From Chlorokybus atmophyticus (taxonomy: Eukaryota > Plantae > Mesostigma and Chlorokybus algae), in assembly GCA_009103225.1 (NCBI GenBank), contig RHPI01000818.1:186001-250000 (forward strand): DNA of 64,000 bases, given 5' to 3'. Shown here piece after piece: positions 1 to 11,437 of this stretch (position 1 is the stretch's first letter; the number at the start of each line of letters is the position of its first letter). A program made the position numbers and the translations under genes. The notes under the pieces are model-generated. The model did no database searches and was not told where the DNA came from. It worked only from the letters and a program-made list of their open reading frames with translations.

Positions 1-442
1 GGCCTGCGCGCACCGCATCGCTGCCGATCTAGGTACACACACCACAATGATGTGGTCGTCGCGTCCATCTGCATTATGTGGCTGAGACCATGCTGTTGTG
101 CCAATGTACGCATCTTTGATTGCGTGGCATAATGTGTTGAACTGCTGTCGTCCTGTGTTGTTCTTGTTGGACAGTGCATGCAGGCAAAGCAAAGGTTTGC
201 CATGCAGGTTGTTGTATACAAGTCAGTGCATGCTAGAGTTGGTGTATAGGTCTGTAGCCGTTTTAGGTCAGTGGTAGTAGCGTGCAGGTGGTCTCAGCAC
301 GTGCGCACGCGCGCATGCACGCACGCGCGTGTTAATGGCATGACCTCACCATGTTGGCTTGGTTGCAGGCATGGAGAAGCGAATACCCGGGCTGGATGAG
401 GCGTTCAATGCTTTGTTGCGGACCGTCAGGAGTAAAGTATAG
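1..442 (+). CDS. 3' end of a gene entering from the left edge (two exons, 1-32 and 369-442); product not identified; C-terminus ...RTVRSKV*
   Basis: GT at 33 and AG at 367-368 join in frame to give ACAHRIAADLG-MEKRIPGLDEAFNALLRTVRSKV, stop TAG 440-442. Confidence 0.5.
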
Positions 443-1700
443 GACGGTCCTAGTAGGACCGCTTTTGCAATTTTGGCTACGCACTATGAAGTAGTATGTA
501 ATGTAGGTTTGAACACAGCCACCACACATATGTTTGCTGTATGCGCGTTCTGCTATGCACAGCGCATATAGCAAGCTCTTGCCCTCTTTACGCATGTTGG
601 TTACCCTGTATCACCTTTTTCTTACATTGTTCCATTGAGTTGTCGGAGATCCATCTTATGCAAAGATGCACAAGCACGAGTAACAAGTTACAAACCCACC
701 GTGGACCCCAGTAAGCGCCGGCCTGCATGTGGTCAACATTATAATGAGCTGAGCAGTGACCCCACATACACAATGACATGTAACTATGTGGACAGGTATC
801 ATGCCTTGCATGCAAGGGAGGTAATTATTCACAGGGGGTATTGGTCATGAGCATCCGCATGGTAGCTTTTGCCTACGTTGTCATAGTTGTTTGATTAGAC
901 AACGGCCGACATTTTAGCGTAACTAAATATATATACAATAGTCACATTGACAAGTTGGTCATTGATAACTAGAGCAAGCTTTGTGCGGATCCACAATCTT
1001 AAAAAGAGTAATACGAGTAATCAGTAATTATGTTTGCACATCATTATAATCAAGCCTAATGTATATCATGTTTACTGCATAGAAATCTTGTTCAAGCGAT
1101 ACGTTATGATAAACAAATCACGCGTGTGCACTCTCTTTAATGCACATTCTCGTGACACGCATCTCCCACAAAAGCAATAAGCACTTTCCATAAAATAGCA
1201 GCAAAGCTTCCACGTATACTACAAAAACAAATCAACAGCTTTGTAAGATGAGTACATATACTTATACTTGACAATTACAATTGACATATATAACGCTACA
1301 ACGTTTACAACGTCATATATATGATAACGTGATTACTAACCCCGTTGTGATAAGGTTGCCAAAATCTTACTTCCATGAGCATATTCGCACGAGACAGCCT
1401 TAAAACGAGCACGTATGTTTGCAAGTGAAAGGAATGGAGAAAGGAGAGCTATTTCCATAACGTGGGAGAGCATGATCAATCAGTGGTAAAATAGCTACCA
1501 GGTCACGGCCTACCATTGGTGCTACCATTTTGGTAGGCTACCAAGCTTATCATGAACCTTGCGCTTACAAGTTGTGACTTGTGCGCTACACCCCTATCAT
1601 GAGAAACATAGGTCCCAACTCCGGACCTTTGTTCTGTTGGGTTGCTGGGGTTCTGACCCAGGATCTCGAAGATTCAAGGGCGCGTATCCGGGAGGCGCGC

Positions 1701-1741
1701 GCCACGTGGACAGACGCAACTGACAGTCGCGAGTAACGCGT
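1701..1741 (+). promoter_or_regulatory. G-box/ABRE (GCCACGTGG) plus CE3-like ACGCGT upstream of the ERD7-like gene
   Basis: GCCACGTGG at 1701-1709 and ACGCGT at 1736-1741, about 200 nt upstream of ATG 1910. Motif match only. Confidence 0.35.
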
Positions 1742-1909
1742 CCGATGCCAACCGTCGCCGTCGAATAAGCAAACCGCACGTTGCAATTTGTCACATTTCA
1801 TGCGATACACAGCGTGTCTGAAAGGTATCTGGCACTACTGTGTATATCCTATTACTGCGTTCACCCTGTTGGTGGATTTTTGTCCAGCATACAGGCGGCG
1901 GCGGCGGTG

Positions 1910-4186
1910 ATGGCGTACGGCGGGGATGCTGTGGCGGCGGTGCTCGTGCGCTTGGAGTCGGTGGAGGTGTTCCGATTGGCGTCAGCGGACGCTCCCAGCA
2001 CAAGCAGCGCCGCACCTACAACTCACCTCAGCGCAGAGCTGATTGCAACTGGTCCACTTGAGCTACTGGTTGCTGGTAAGTGAGTGAGTTCAGCTGTCAA
2101 GCTGGACAGCTGGCAATCTGAACGGCTGTCAAGCGCATGCATGCTGAGGTTGAACTAGGTAAGTGAGATGCTTGTTCCTTACAGAGCGTCCGAGAGATGC
2201 TCCGCCGGCCTACGTGGAGACGTACGACTCGGACGACAGCGACAGCGAGGGGGATGGCGCCGCCGCTGCTGCTCACTACGGGAAGCAGCCAGCCTCTGAG
2301 CTGCAAGCGCCGTCGAAAAGCCACCAACACCAGCACGCGCATTCCACAGCAGATGAGCCCGTCGCCATGCTGCGCGTTGGACAAGTCTATTGGTCCCTGG
2401 GCAGAGAGGTATGCTGTTGTTAGACATCATTGTACGTTGTTTGGCTCATAACATATGTTGTTTGTCGTATCTCAATAGGAGTATTGATGTCTATGTTGAT
2501 GATGCTGAGTGTCCTGATTGTCTGTTAGGTACCAGCCATGCGCACGGCGCCGCTAAACTACGTGTTCATGGTGCCGGGGGCTTTCTACGGTGTGAGGTGC
2601 GTGCTGGTTGTGAGCATATGCACGTGGTGTTTTATCACAATTGCAGCATAGAATTCAACGCGTGCAATCAAGCTCACCACACATGCGCTCGCACACACAC
2701 ACACACACAGACCAGGTTACACACAAACATGCTCCGCAGGTTGGCAGCAACGACGATGGGCGGTGACGTGGAGCTCTTTGAATCCGCGCTCGTGCAGCTG
2801 TCGGAGTTTGCTGTGGCCCCCGAGGCCCCGCAGCGCCGCCGCGACCGCCTCATCGCACTCATCGAGCAGGCCGGCCGCCACGCCAGCCGCGGCATCTCGT
2901 ACACCGCTCAAGTCACTGCTGCCGGCCTCAACAAGTAAGTGCATCTGTTGCTGATCATCCTCCTTAAATTGGATCAAGTCACTGAGTTCACATTCGTCCC
3001 AACAAACAACTTGTTCACGCACACAAACGCTAGTTGTGGCCGCTAGTGGTTCTGTATGAGCGCACACGTTTGCTTGACAACCACACACACGCGCATGCAC
3101 GCACAAGTACACACACCATGACCTGATGCTTTATTTCTTTGGTGTGTGTGTGGGTTTGGTGTTCGCAAAGGGTTGATTTAGCAGGCATTAGCATTGGGTG
3201 TGACAACAAGCTAATGCAGCCTGATCGATGGCTGTGCAGGACTTCCTCTTACGCGCAGAGCAGGACGTCACCTTCAACAACACCAGCGCATGTCCCTCCT
3301 TCCATTGTCAAGTCGGTGTCCGCGGCGCGCAAGGCGTCCGGGGCGGCCACGACTGTGGCGTCCTCCCTGGTGACGGCCATGGCAGGGACGTCCGTCGCCA
3401 TCGCCTCCGCCCTTGGTTCCACCATACGCGCGCCCGTCACTGTGGCACAAGCCATCGGCGGCGGCGGACAGACGAAGGAAAAGACGCCGTCGGCGTTCGC
3501 GGAAGTGCGAGATGCTGCGGTTGTAGCCTTAGCAGGTTGGTTGATGCAGCGATTTGCTTTGCATGCATGCTTTTTGTCTTGTGCGTGTGCGTACGCATCC
3601 ACATTTGCGCTCAAGCATACACACATGCAGTGCATGCAGACACGTGCACGCACGCACGCACATGCACAAGCATACACGCATATACACATATGCATGCACC
3701 AGTACACAAGCAAACACCTTCACGTACCACCTTTCATGCTGTCCAAGTGCTTGATCATTGCTTTTGCATGCAGATGTGTACATGGCCATGGAGCAAGCGG
3801 GCGACGTGCTCTCCACGTCGGCGACGAACGCGACAAGCAGCTTCGTTCAGCACAAGTACGGCGACCAGGCCGCAGGCGTTGCCGCCGAGTCAGTGCAGAC
3901 AGCCACCAACGCCGTCAGCACCGTCCTGATGTGGCGCAAGCTCGGCTTCCGCGCCTTCGCCAAGGCCACCGCCAAGCGCACGCTCAAGCACGTTGTGAAG
4001 GGCCGAGCCAAAGCCGTCGCAGCGACAAGTGCGTCACAAGCTAATGATGGGTTCGCAGCTTTTCACCCAATGTCCTCGCAAGGAACTGCTCTGCCTCCAG
4101 GCTATACTGTCAAGTCAGATGGTACGCCCGCACAACCCGCAGCTGCTCCCTACAAGACAGATTTCTCTGGTTTGCACATCAAGTGA
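1910..4186 (+). CDS. ERD7: Senescence/spartin-domain protein, ERD7/EDN-like (6 exons)
   Basis: Spliced ORF starts MAYGGDAVAAVL. It contains VSAARKASGAATTVASSLV and DVYMAMEQAGDVLSTSATNATSSFVQHKYGDQAAGVA, matching the senescence domain (compare ERD7 VEVAGKNVMSTSS..TTELVSHRYGEEAG). Canonical GT-AG junctions keep frame; stop at 4186. Confidence 0.85.
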
Positions 4187-5052
4187 ACAACAACCTCCTT
4201 GTTGTGAACTGCTATTCCACTTCATTGCACTTTGTACAATTACCACTTGTAGATCAAGCAGGCTGGTATCCGGTGACAACTCTGCATTAGTTTAGGTAGT
4301 GCAGCATGAGTCCAGCCGCAGGTAGTTAGTAGCTTGCTTGCGCCATGTTTGAGTTTTGTTAAGCTAGCCACAGCACAGTGCTGCTGTGCCAAACACATGT
4401 GCGTTGGGTGTGGCTAGAGCAAGACATTGTGCGGTGTAGTCACAGTATGGATGGGAGTTGCAGCGATGGTGCATTTGTATGAAAGGTGGAATGAATGTAC
4501 CTCTGTAATGCTGCAAAAGTTGAGTTAAACCTTGTGTAGCTGCCTTAACATGTTCATGATGTGCTGTGACACATATTGGCTTCCGTCGTCCATAACATGC
4601 ACAGAAACATTAGCCTCCTTTCTTGTCCACTACACCGTACTGTTGCACTGCTTGCATGCCAGGGTGCAAGGAAGGTATGTGCGCACACCATTAGCCTTGA
4701 CAGTGTGGCATTGTACAGCTGATATAGCTGTTCGCAGCTCGTGCACAAAATAAGTTGCCCAAGCAAGCGTAAGCAATACGACAAAGGGCACTTGCTCACT
4801 TGCCAACTCTGGTACGGAAGGTGACCATCCACAAAAAAACATTTTCACACAAAACGTAGCCTGAAACCTTGCAGCATCGCCATTGAATCCAACGCTGCAG
4901 TCGGTGGTTGCACACTGCAACTCGCAAGTGGCTGTTGAGGCGACCGCATACAGCTGAGACTGTAACTAGACTTGCATGTGCATGTGTGATACTTGTCTGT
5001 CAGCAGATCAACGCTCTTTGCAGGAAGCTCGCACAGTTTCACTGCTTACTAA

Positions 5053-5093
5053 GTGAGTAGCACTTGCATTTACACAGTGCAAGTGCTACTTAC
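5053..5093. repeat. 16-bp inverted repeat/hairpin with 9-nt loop
   Basis: GTGAGTAGCACTTGCA (5053-5068) pairs with TGCAAGTGCTACTTAC (5078-5093); one G-T pair. Confidence 0.85.
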
Positions 5094-5849
5094 AGGCTCA
5101 GTTTCAGTGTCTGTCTGTCGCACAACCTGGGTAGTTCCCAGTGGGCACTCACAGTTGGGGCCCACAACTCAGCAGTCGCCTCGCTTGCCAGTGTGCGCTG
5201 CGCTGTGGTGAGGCGGCGGCGGCGGCAGTGGCGGCGGAGGCCGAGGGAGGGTTGCTTCACTTATCTTTTGGCTCGGCGGGCATGCTGTGCTGTTGAGGTG
5301 AGCGCTGTGCGCATATGCGCGTGTTTGCTTTTGTGGTGTCTGTGCAGCACGGAACGACAGACTGTGAAGTGGCGCAAGCTGAGTCAGTGCCTGCTTGCTT
5401 GCTTGGTTACTGGCTAGCTGGACTGCTGTACCCGCCGCATGTTGGGTCAGCACAACAGCGGGCCACCAACTCAATTGCAATGCGCAAGCCAGATCTGAGC
5501 GGTTAACTTTCCCGACTTGGACACACAACAAAGGCACATTCCAAGTTGTACCACAGATTACACCCTGAGAGCGTGTTTGGAGACGCTGACCGAATCTAGC
5601 AGCATGCTTACTCGCTTGTTCCAAAATACTGCAACAAGAACGTAAACATCTTGTGCTCCTTGTTGCAGCTCCACTTGCATGCTATCCAATGCGTGTAAAG
5701 AAGTTGCGGTTGAAACAACAGCAATGGTTACGTGCACTTTGCACATATGGACATTTTGAAGCAAAGGGTTGACATGCTGGTTGTGCACTCTCACCACCAA
5801 GCCAACAGCATCAACCGGTAGTTGTGTCATTTCAGCAGGACAAGGTGTG

Positions 5850-8800
5850 ATGGCGTCCGGCGGCAGCAGCTACCGTGCGGTGCGAGACTACTCGTCGCAA
5901 TCTAACCCGCACGAAGTGCGCGTGGAGCACACCAACTTCCAATGGTCGGTTTTGTTCGAAAGCAGAACCATCAAAGGCGTGGCGACGCTGCGTGTTGTCG
6001 CTGTACAGGTGCTGTCACTTATCCGCGCAGCAATGCGCATAGTCACAGCACGTACAACATCAATTGTGTCATTGTGTTGTGCATCTCATTGCCGTATACT
6101 ATGGATATATCGTGCAGCGAACACCACCACACTCTACAATGCTTGTGTAACCTCACTACTGCACACAAACTACTTATGACAAGTAACACGCACACATCGC
6201 CCTTGTTGTTGGCTTTATGCTTTATAAGTAATCTGTATGTAACGCTCTTGTACGCGACAGAGTGTGTGCATGTGGCCTTGTGTCACGCACATTGCATGAC
6301 AAGCAGTAGACAACACAACTCAATCCAACGGTGGCTGGCTTACATCTTTCACATCTTTGTGCTGACTGCAGGACGACCCTTCGGGGCTGGTCTTAGACAT
6401 ACGTGACCTAACTATAGACTGCGTTTTGCTAGAAAAGGATGGTTCAGGGGTGAGTAATCTCTCCATACTCTACTGTTCAACGCAACCTCTCATTCTTTCC
6501 AAGGGTTGACTTCTTGATTCACGTGGCATGTTAGGTGCCTTTGTCGTACTCTTTGGACGACGCGCATTCCAGTCTTGGAACGGCGCTTCAAATAGGGCTG
6601 CCGAATGGCATACACGCAAATGATTCGCTGTCGATTGCAGTGGTTTACAGCACCTCTCCCACTGCTACTGCCATCCAGGTGAGACGATTCCAGGCTGCGG
6701 CTTTGATATGTTGCTGTAATGTTGTTATGACATACGCGCATGCCCTCCAGACCCGTCCGTACCCGCATGCTTATCGCTAACACGCACGTGGGCACACTTG
6801 ACATGTGCACACGCACGCACCTGTATGTTGTGTGATGTACGGTTGTACGGTCTGTTGGGCAAGTGCTGTGATGTATGTTGTGTGTGTAATCTACATGGTG
6901 ATTAGCCTACTGGCCACGGTGATGCCATTCTGGTCCTCATAGCCACTGTTTTCTGCAGTGGCTCGAAGCGGAGCAGACAGCTGGTGGCGTGCACCCGTAC
7001 CTGTTCACACAGTGCCAAGCAATCCATGCCCGGTCGCTTTTCCCATGCCAGGACACACCAGCTGTAAAGGTACAATCTCTGCTTATTCGTAGTCATGCAG
7101 CTCATATTACGCTCACAGGAGCAACTCTTGTGACGTAAGTTGTGTTATGATGTTGAGTATGATGTATTTGGGTCGTCTGTTGTGCTGCAGTCGACATACA
7201 CGGCGACGGTAACAGTCCCGGCAGCCCTCACAGCTCTGATGAGCGCTGTGCCAGTTGACGATGCCAAGGGAAAAAGGTTCATGGACAGGATAACTTACAG
7301 ATTTGAGCAAAAGGTCTGTCATATGCAATGACGTTGTTGTGCTTGCTGCTGCTGCTGTTGCAGTGGCCGCTGTTGTTGTCGTCATCAACCTTGTTGTTGA
7401 GTTGCTAGTCCACAGGTGCCTATACCGAGTTATCTGGTGGCGCTGGCAGTTGGGCAGCTAGAGAGCAGGCGGATAGGCCCGCGCTCGCACGTGTGGTCGG
7501 AGCCGTCCATGGTCGAGTTGGGCGAATACGAGGTGATTATGTTTTCAGTGAGCAGCAGTCAGCGTGCACTGCTGCTCATGTGCATGGTATTGATTGCTAC
7601 CACTGCTGTTGTAGTGCAATCAACACTTGCACAGCAGTACGTAGTAAGTTGACGATGTAGGTTCCGTTGTATGCTATGTAACGCGTCGCTGACTTGCTGT
7701 GTGAAGTTTGCTGACACGGAGAAGTTCCTCGCGGCCGGTGAGGCCCTTCTGGGCGAATACGTGTGGGGCGTATATGACCTGCTCTTGTTGCCTCCATCCT
7801 TTCCGTAAGCAGCGTCATGGCTTTCCTTGGCATGTTTTCTTGGTGCTATGGCCCTAACAATCGGCTTTTGTGCTTTGTTATGTGCAGATACGGTGGCATG
7901 GAGAATGTGAGCAGCTGTTGAAAATGCACTTTCAACATGATATAAGTGCCTGTTGCAGCAAATATGTTGGAGGCATACCTCATAATCTCGTTTGCTGTTC
8001 CGCCAGCCTTGCTTGACATTCGTGACACCAACGCTCATCGCTGGAGACAGTAAGTACCACTGGCGTTGTGTATTGCCATGCTTCTGTCTCACTTTCGTCA
8101 ACCAGTCTAACATGCAATCTAGTCTGCCAACGTCACGCCTTAATGTGCCTTACGGTTGTGAACGCACAGGGTCGCTGGCGAACGTGGTAGCGCACGAAAT
8201 TGCTCACAGCTGGACAGGCAACCTTGTCACAAACAGCTCCTGGGAGCACTTTTGGGTAAGGTGCTGTTGTTGCTTGTTTCATTCATTCTGAACCAACAGA
8301 CTGCGTGTTGGCGTGTTTGTATCATTGTCGTAACCCTTTCAACCTCGTCTTTGAAGTTGAACGAAGGCTTCACAGTGTTTGTGGAGCGCAAGATTATCGG
8401 ACGCCTGCACGGTGAGAGCACGTAAGTCTTCCGCTTATGCTCAAACAATAGCTCAGTCTAAGGGCTGTATCACCATTACCGCACGAGTATTGCCGCAAGC
8501 ACGCGTGGCATGTATGCTATTGCAATGCAGAGGTGTTGTTCATTGCGGAAAGTTGTACGCAGTCTTCATGCACACGCGATTGGCGGCCTGAAAGCCCTGC
8601 ACGACTCTGTGGAGGTATGGAGGGTTTTCACAAAAAGAGCATGTGTGTGTGCGCATAGGCGTGCGCCAGTGCACACGTGCGCGTGCTTGCGCATGTGCTG
8701 CAAAGGGCCATACTGGTGATATCAATGGCATGATGTCTTGTATTTGCACAGCTTGCGCAGTCATTGTCAGCGCTTCATTATGTGACTCTGCTGAACATCC

Positions 8801-10281
8801 CACCCACAACTGCATACTAACCGCCCAGGTTTTCGGAAGAGACCACAAGTTCACTTGTCTGCTTACCGACCTGTCCAACGCTGAAGACCCTGACGACGCA
8901 TTCAGCTCCGTGCCATACGAGAAGGGCTTCAACTTTTTGTTTTACCTGCAGGTACAGCTGTTGCTTTAGGCTCTGCTGTCTGGTAGATGGGCGGCAATCG
9001 TAAACCATACTCGCCAACATTTCTTTGTGCTGCATCACAGACTCTGGTTGGCGGGAGCAGTGCGTTTGAAGCTTTCTTGCGTGCTTACATAGACCACTTC
9101 AAATACAAGTGAGTGCTGTGATTGTGTACTAAAGGTTGGTAATGTGGCAATGGGATGACGTCGTCCTGTGTGACATGTGATCACTAGGACCCTTGACACG
9201 CAAGACTTCAAAGACTTCTTCTTGGAGCACTTCAAGGGCTGCCAGAGACTTGATGAGATTGACTGGGAGGCATGGCTGCGCAAGTAAGTGTATATGCCTT
9301 CTTGCTTGTACACCGTGTTGCAGCAACGCTCACAGCGCAAACAACAACAATTACTGCTGAGTCATTTCCCCGTTGTGTTCAGGCCGGGCATGCCTCCTAC
9401 CGAGAACGACTTTGATAGTTCATTGATTGAACCCGCATTGAAGCTGGCGCAGCAGTGGCATGAAGGGGGAGAGCAGTGCTCTTCGCAAGACATCAAAGGC
9501 TTTACTTCCGAGCAGGCACCATCATTCGCTGCTTTGTTGGATTCTGACGGGGACATAAGACACCTGTATGTGCGCAGATGGTAGCTTTCCTAGACAAGCT
9601 GCTGCTTCTGAGGCATAACAATCCGCTGCCGCTCAACTGCTTTAGAAGACTGGCCTCCATGTATCAGGTAATCTTGTACCTGACACTTGAAGCCTTGAAC
9701 CCAGATTGTAGCAAAGCACCAGTCAGTTGCTTCGTGCACCACACACATGCACACGCATGCAGGCTCATGAGTGTGCGCATGTAAATACATTACATCCGCA
9801 CACTCAATACATCTCGTCATGAGCTTTGGCAACTTGTAGCGAGTCCACGGTCAGTTGTCCGTGCATGCACACCCACACAGACTCATCGCACATGCATGTG
9901 AGGTTCGCGCATGCGTGTAACAGCACAATTTTGCAGCTGGAAGCCTCTCGCAATGCGGAAATTCGCTGCTGCTTCTACGAGCTGGGAATAGCGAGCGAAG
10001 ACGAGAGTGTGGTTCCGCTGGTGGCGCGGCTCCTGCGCGAACAAGGGCGAATGAAGTACCTCAGACCTCTGTACCGCGCGCTGTTCAAGTAAGCACTCTG
10101 CGGGGCAGTTTGGACAGTTTGTGTCGGCAGGTGGCAATGGTTGAGCGCATCGGAGTGACGCTTGTTTTGCAGGAGCAAAGTTGGCAAAGAGGCTGCGCTG
10201 GCCACTTTCGCGGATTGTCGCAACCGCTACCACCCCATCGCTTCAAAGATGGTGGCTTCAGACCTGCAGCTGAAGATGTAA
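5850..10281 (+). CDS. LTA4H: M1-family zinc aminopeptidase, leukotriene A4 hydrolase homolog (about 20 exons)
   Basis: YGGMEN exopeptidase motif; HEIAH..(18)..E zinc motif ([29 protein letters not shown]); [12 protein letters not shown]; C-terminal [12 protein letters not shown] and YHPIA..MV..DL; stop TAA 10279-10281. Confidence 0.95.
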
Positions 10282-11437
10282 ACATGGTTCTCGCTGATCG
10301 CTTGCCTTGGTAGTGAAGGCTGCAGCCTTCAGCTGCCTTTGTTTGATTTTTGTATCCAGCAAGAGCCTTCGCGCTGTTGGCAGTATGGAAACCAGTAGTT
10401 CATGCATTACTGTGTGCAATGTTGCATGCACAGTAGTGTAGTACATTACACCTTGTCGCCGTTGCGGTCCGGAATGGCATGAGAGTCAGGAGGTGCGATC
10501 GTTATCATCACCCATCGAGACTGTCTGCATTAAATGGTGGCTGGCTTCTGTTCGTGTCATCAATCACATATGCGCCGAACAAAAGTGTTGTCACACTTTG
10601 CTACACCCCAGATCGTTTTAGCGGGGTAGATGTGCAATTACACTGTTGCAATTGAGGCACACAACAGTACATCGAGGGACAATGGTATCATCTTTAACAT
10701 ATCTGCCCAGTAGTTCCTCTACGCACAACATTAGGGGAAGAGTTGCTGATGACTCCATGCATCCACAATGAGACAGTTGCAGAGAACTCTACAAATCACA
10801 GGCAGCAAGAGGTACAAAGCAGCGGACTTCAAGCATCTTGCACAGGTTAGGCCTATCCGGTTAGAGTGAGCTTGAAGTCTACGCTGCAACTGCTACAAGT
10901 CAGCCATGGCATGCACGAAATGGGTTGCTGCTCCCTGGCAAAATGCAGGGTCTGCAGGGTTCCGCTTCCAATAAGCTGCCACCAGCACACCCTCTGAGAA
11001 GACGGCGCAGCGATGACGCCTGTGCGCAGTAGAGCCACCCTCATGTACAATTCAGCAGTGTGCCAGAAAGCAGTTTCTGGCATTGTGCGTGTGACTTACC
11101 TTGCACGTTGCACCCCTGCTAAAACCTTAGCAGCAAGGACTCCAAGATGGACGCATTAGACACTGCACACTGTCATGGGCAGTATCGTTAGCATTTCGTC
11201 AACAGCATTTGTCAACCATAATGAGTTTTTTAGTGTGATGGATAAGCCACCTATGCAACATACACTGTGTTCACAATTGCAGCAGGAATAAACACAGGCA
11301 AGCTCGTTTGCTAGCTCAACTGCTAACCTAAAACCTGTTGCAGGGAGACAAGGGTAGTTGTAGCCACATGCACTGTGCCGGCTTGGAGCACCAACTGAAG
11401 GTCAAGTTTGGGAGCTTGTTTCGTCCCGCATCTTCCA

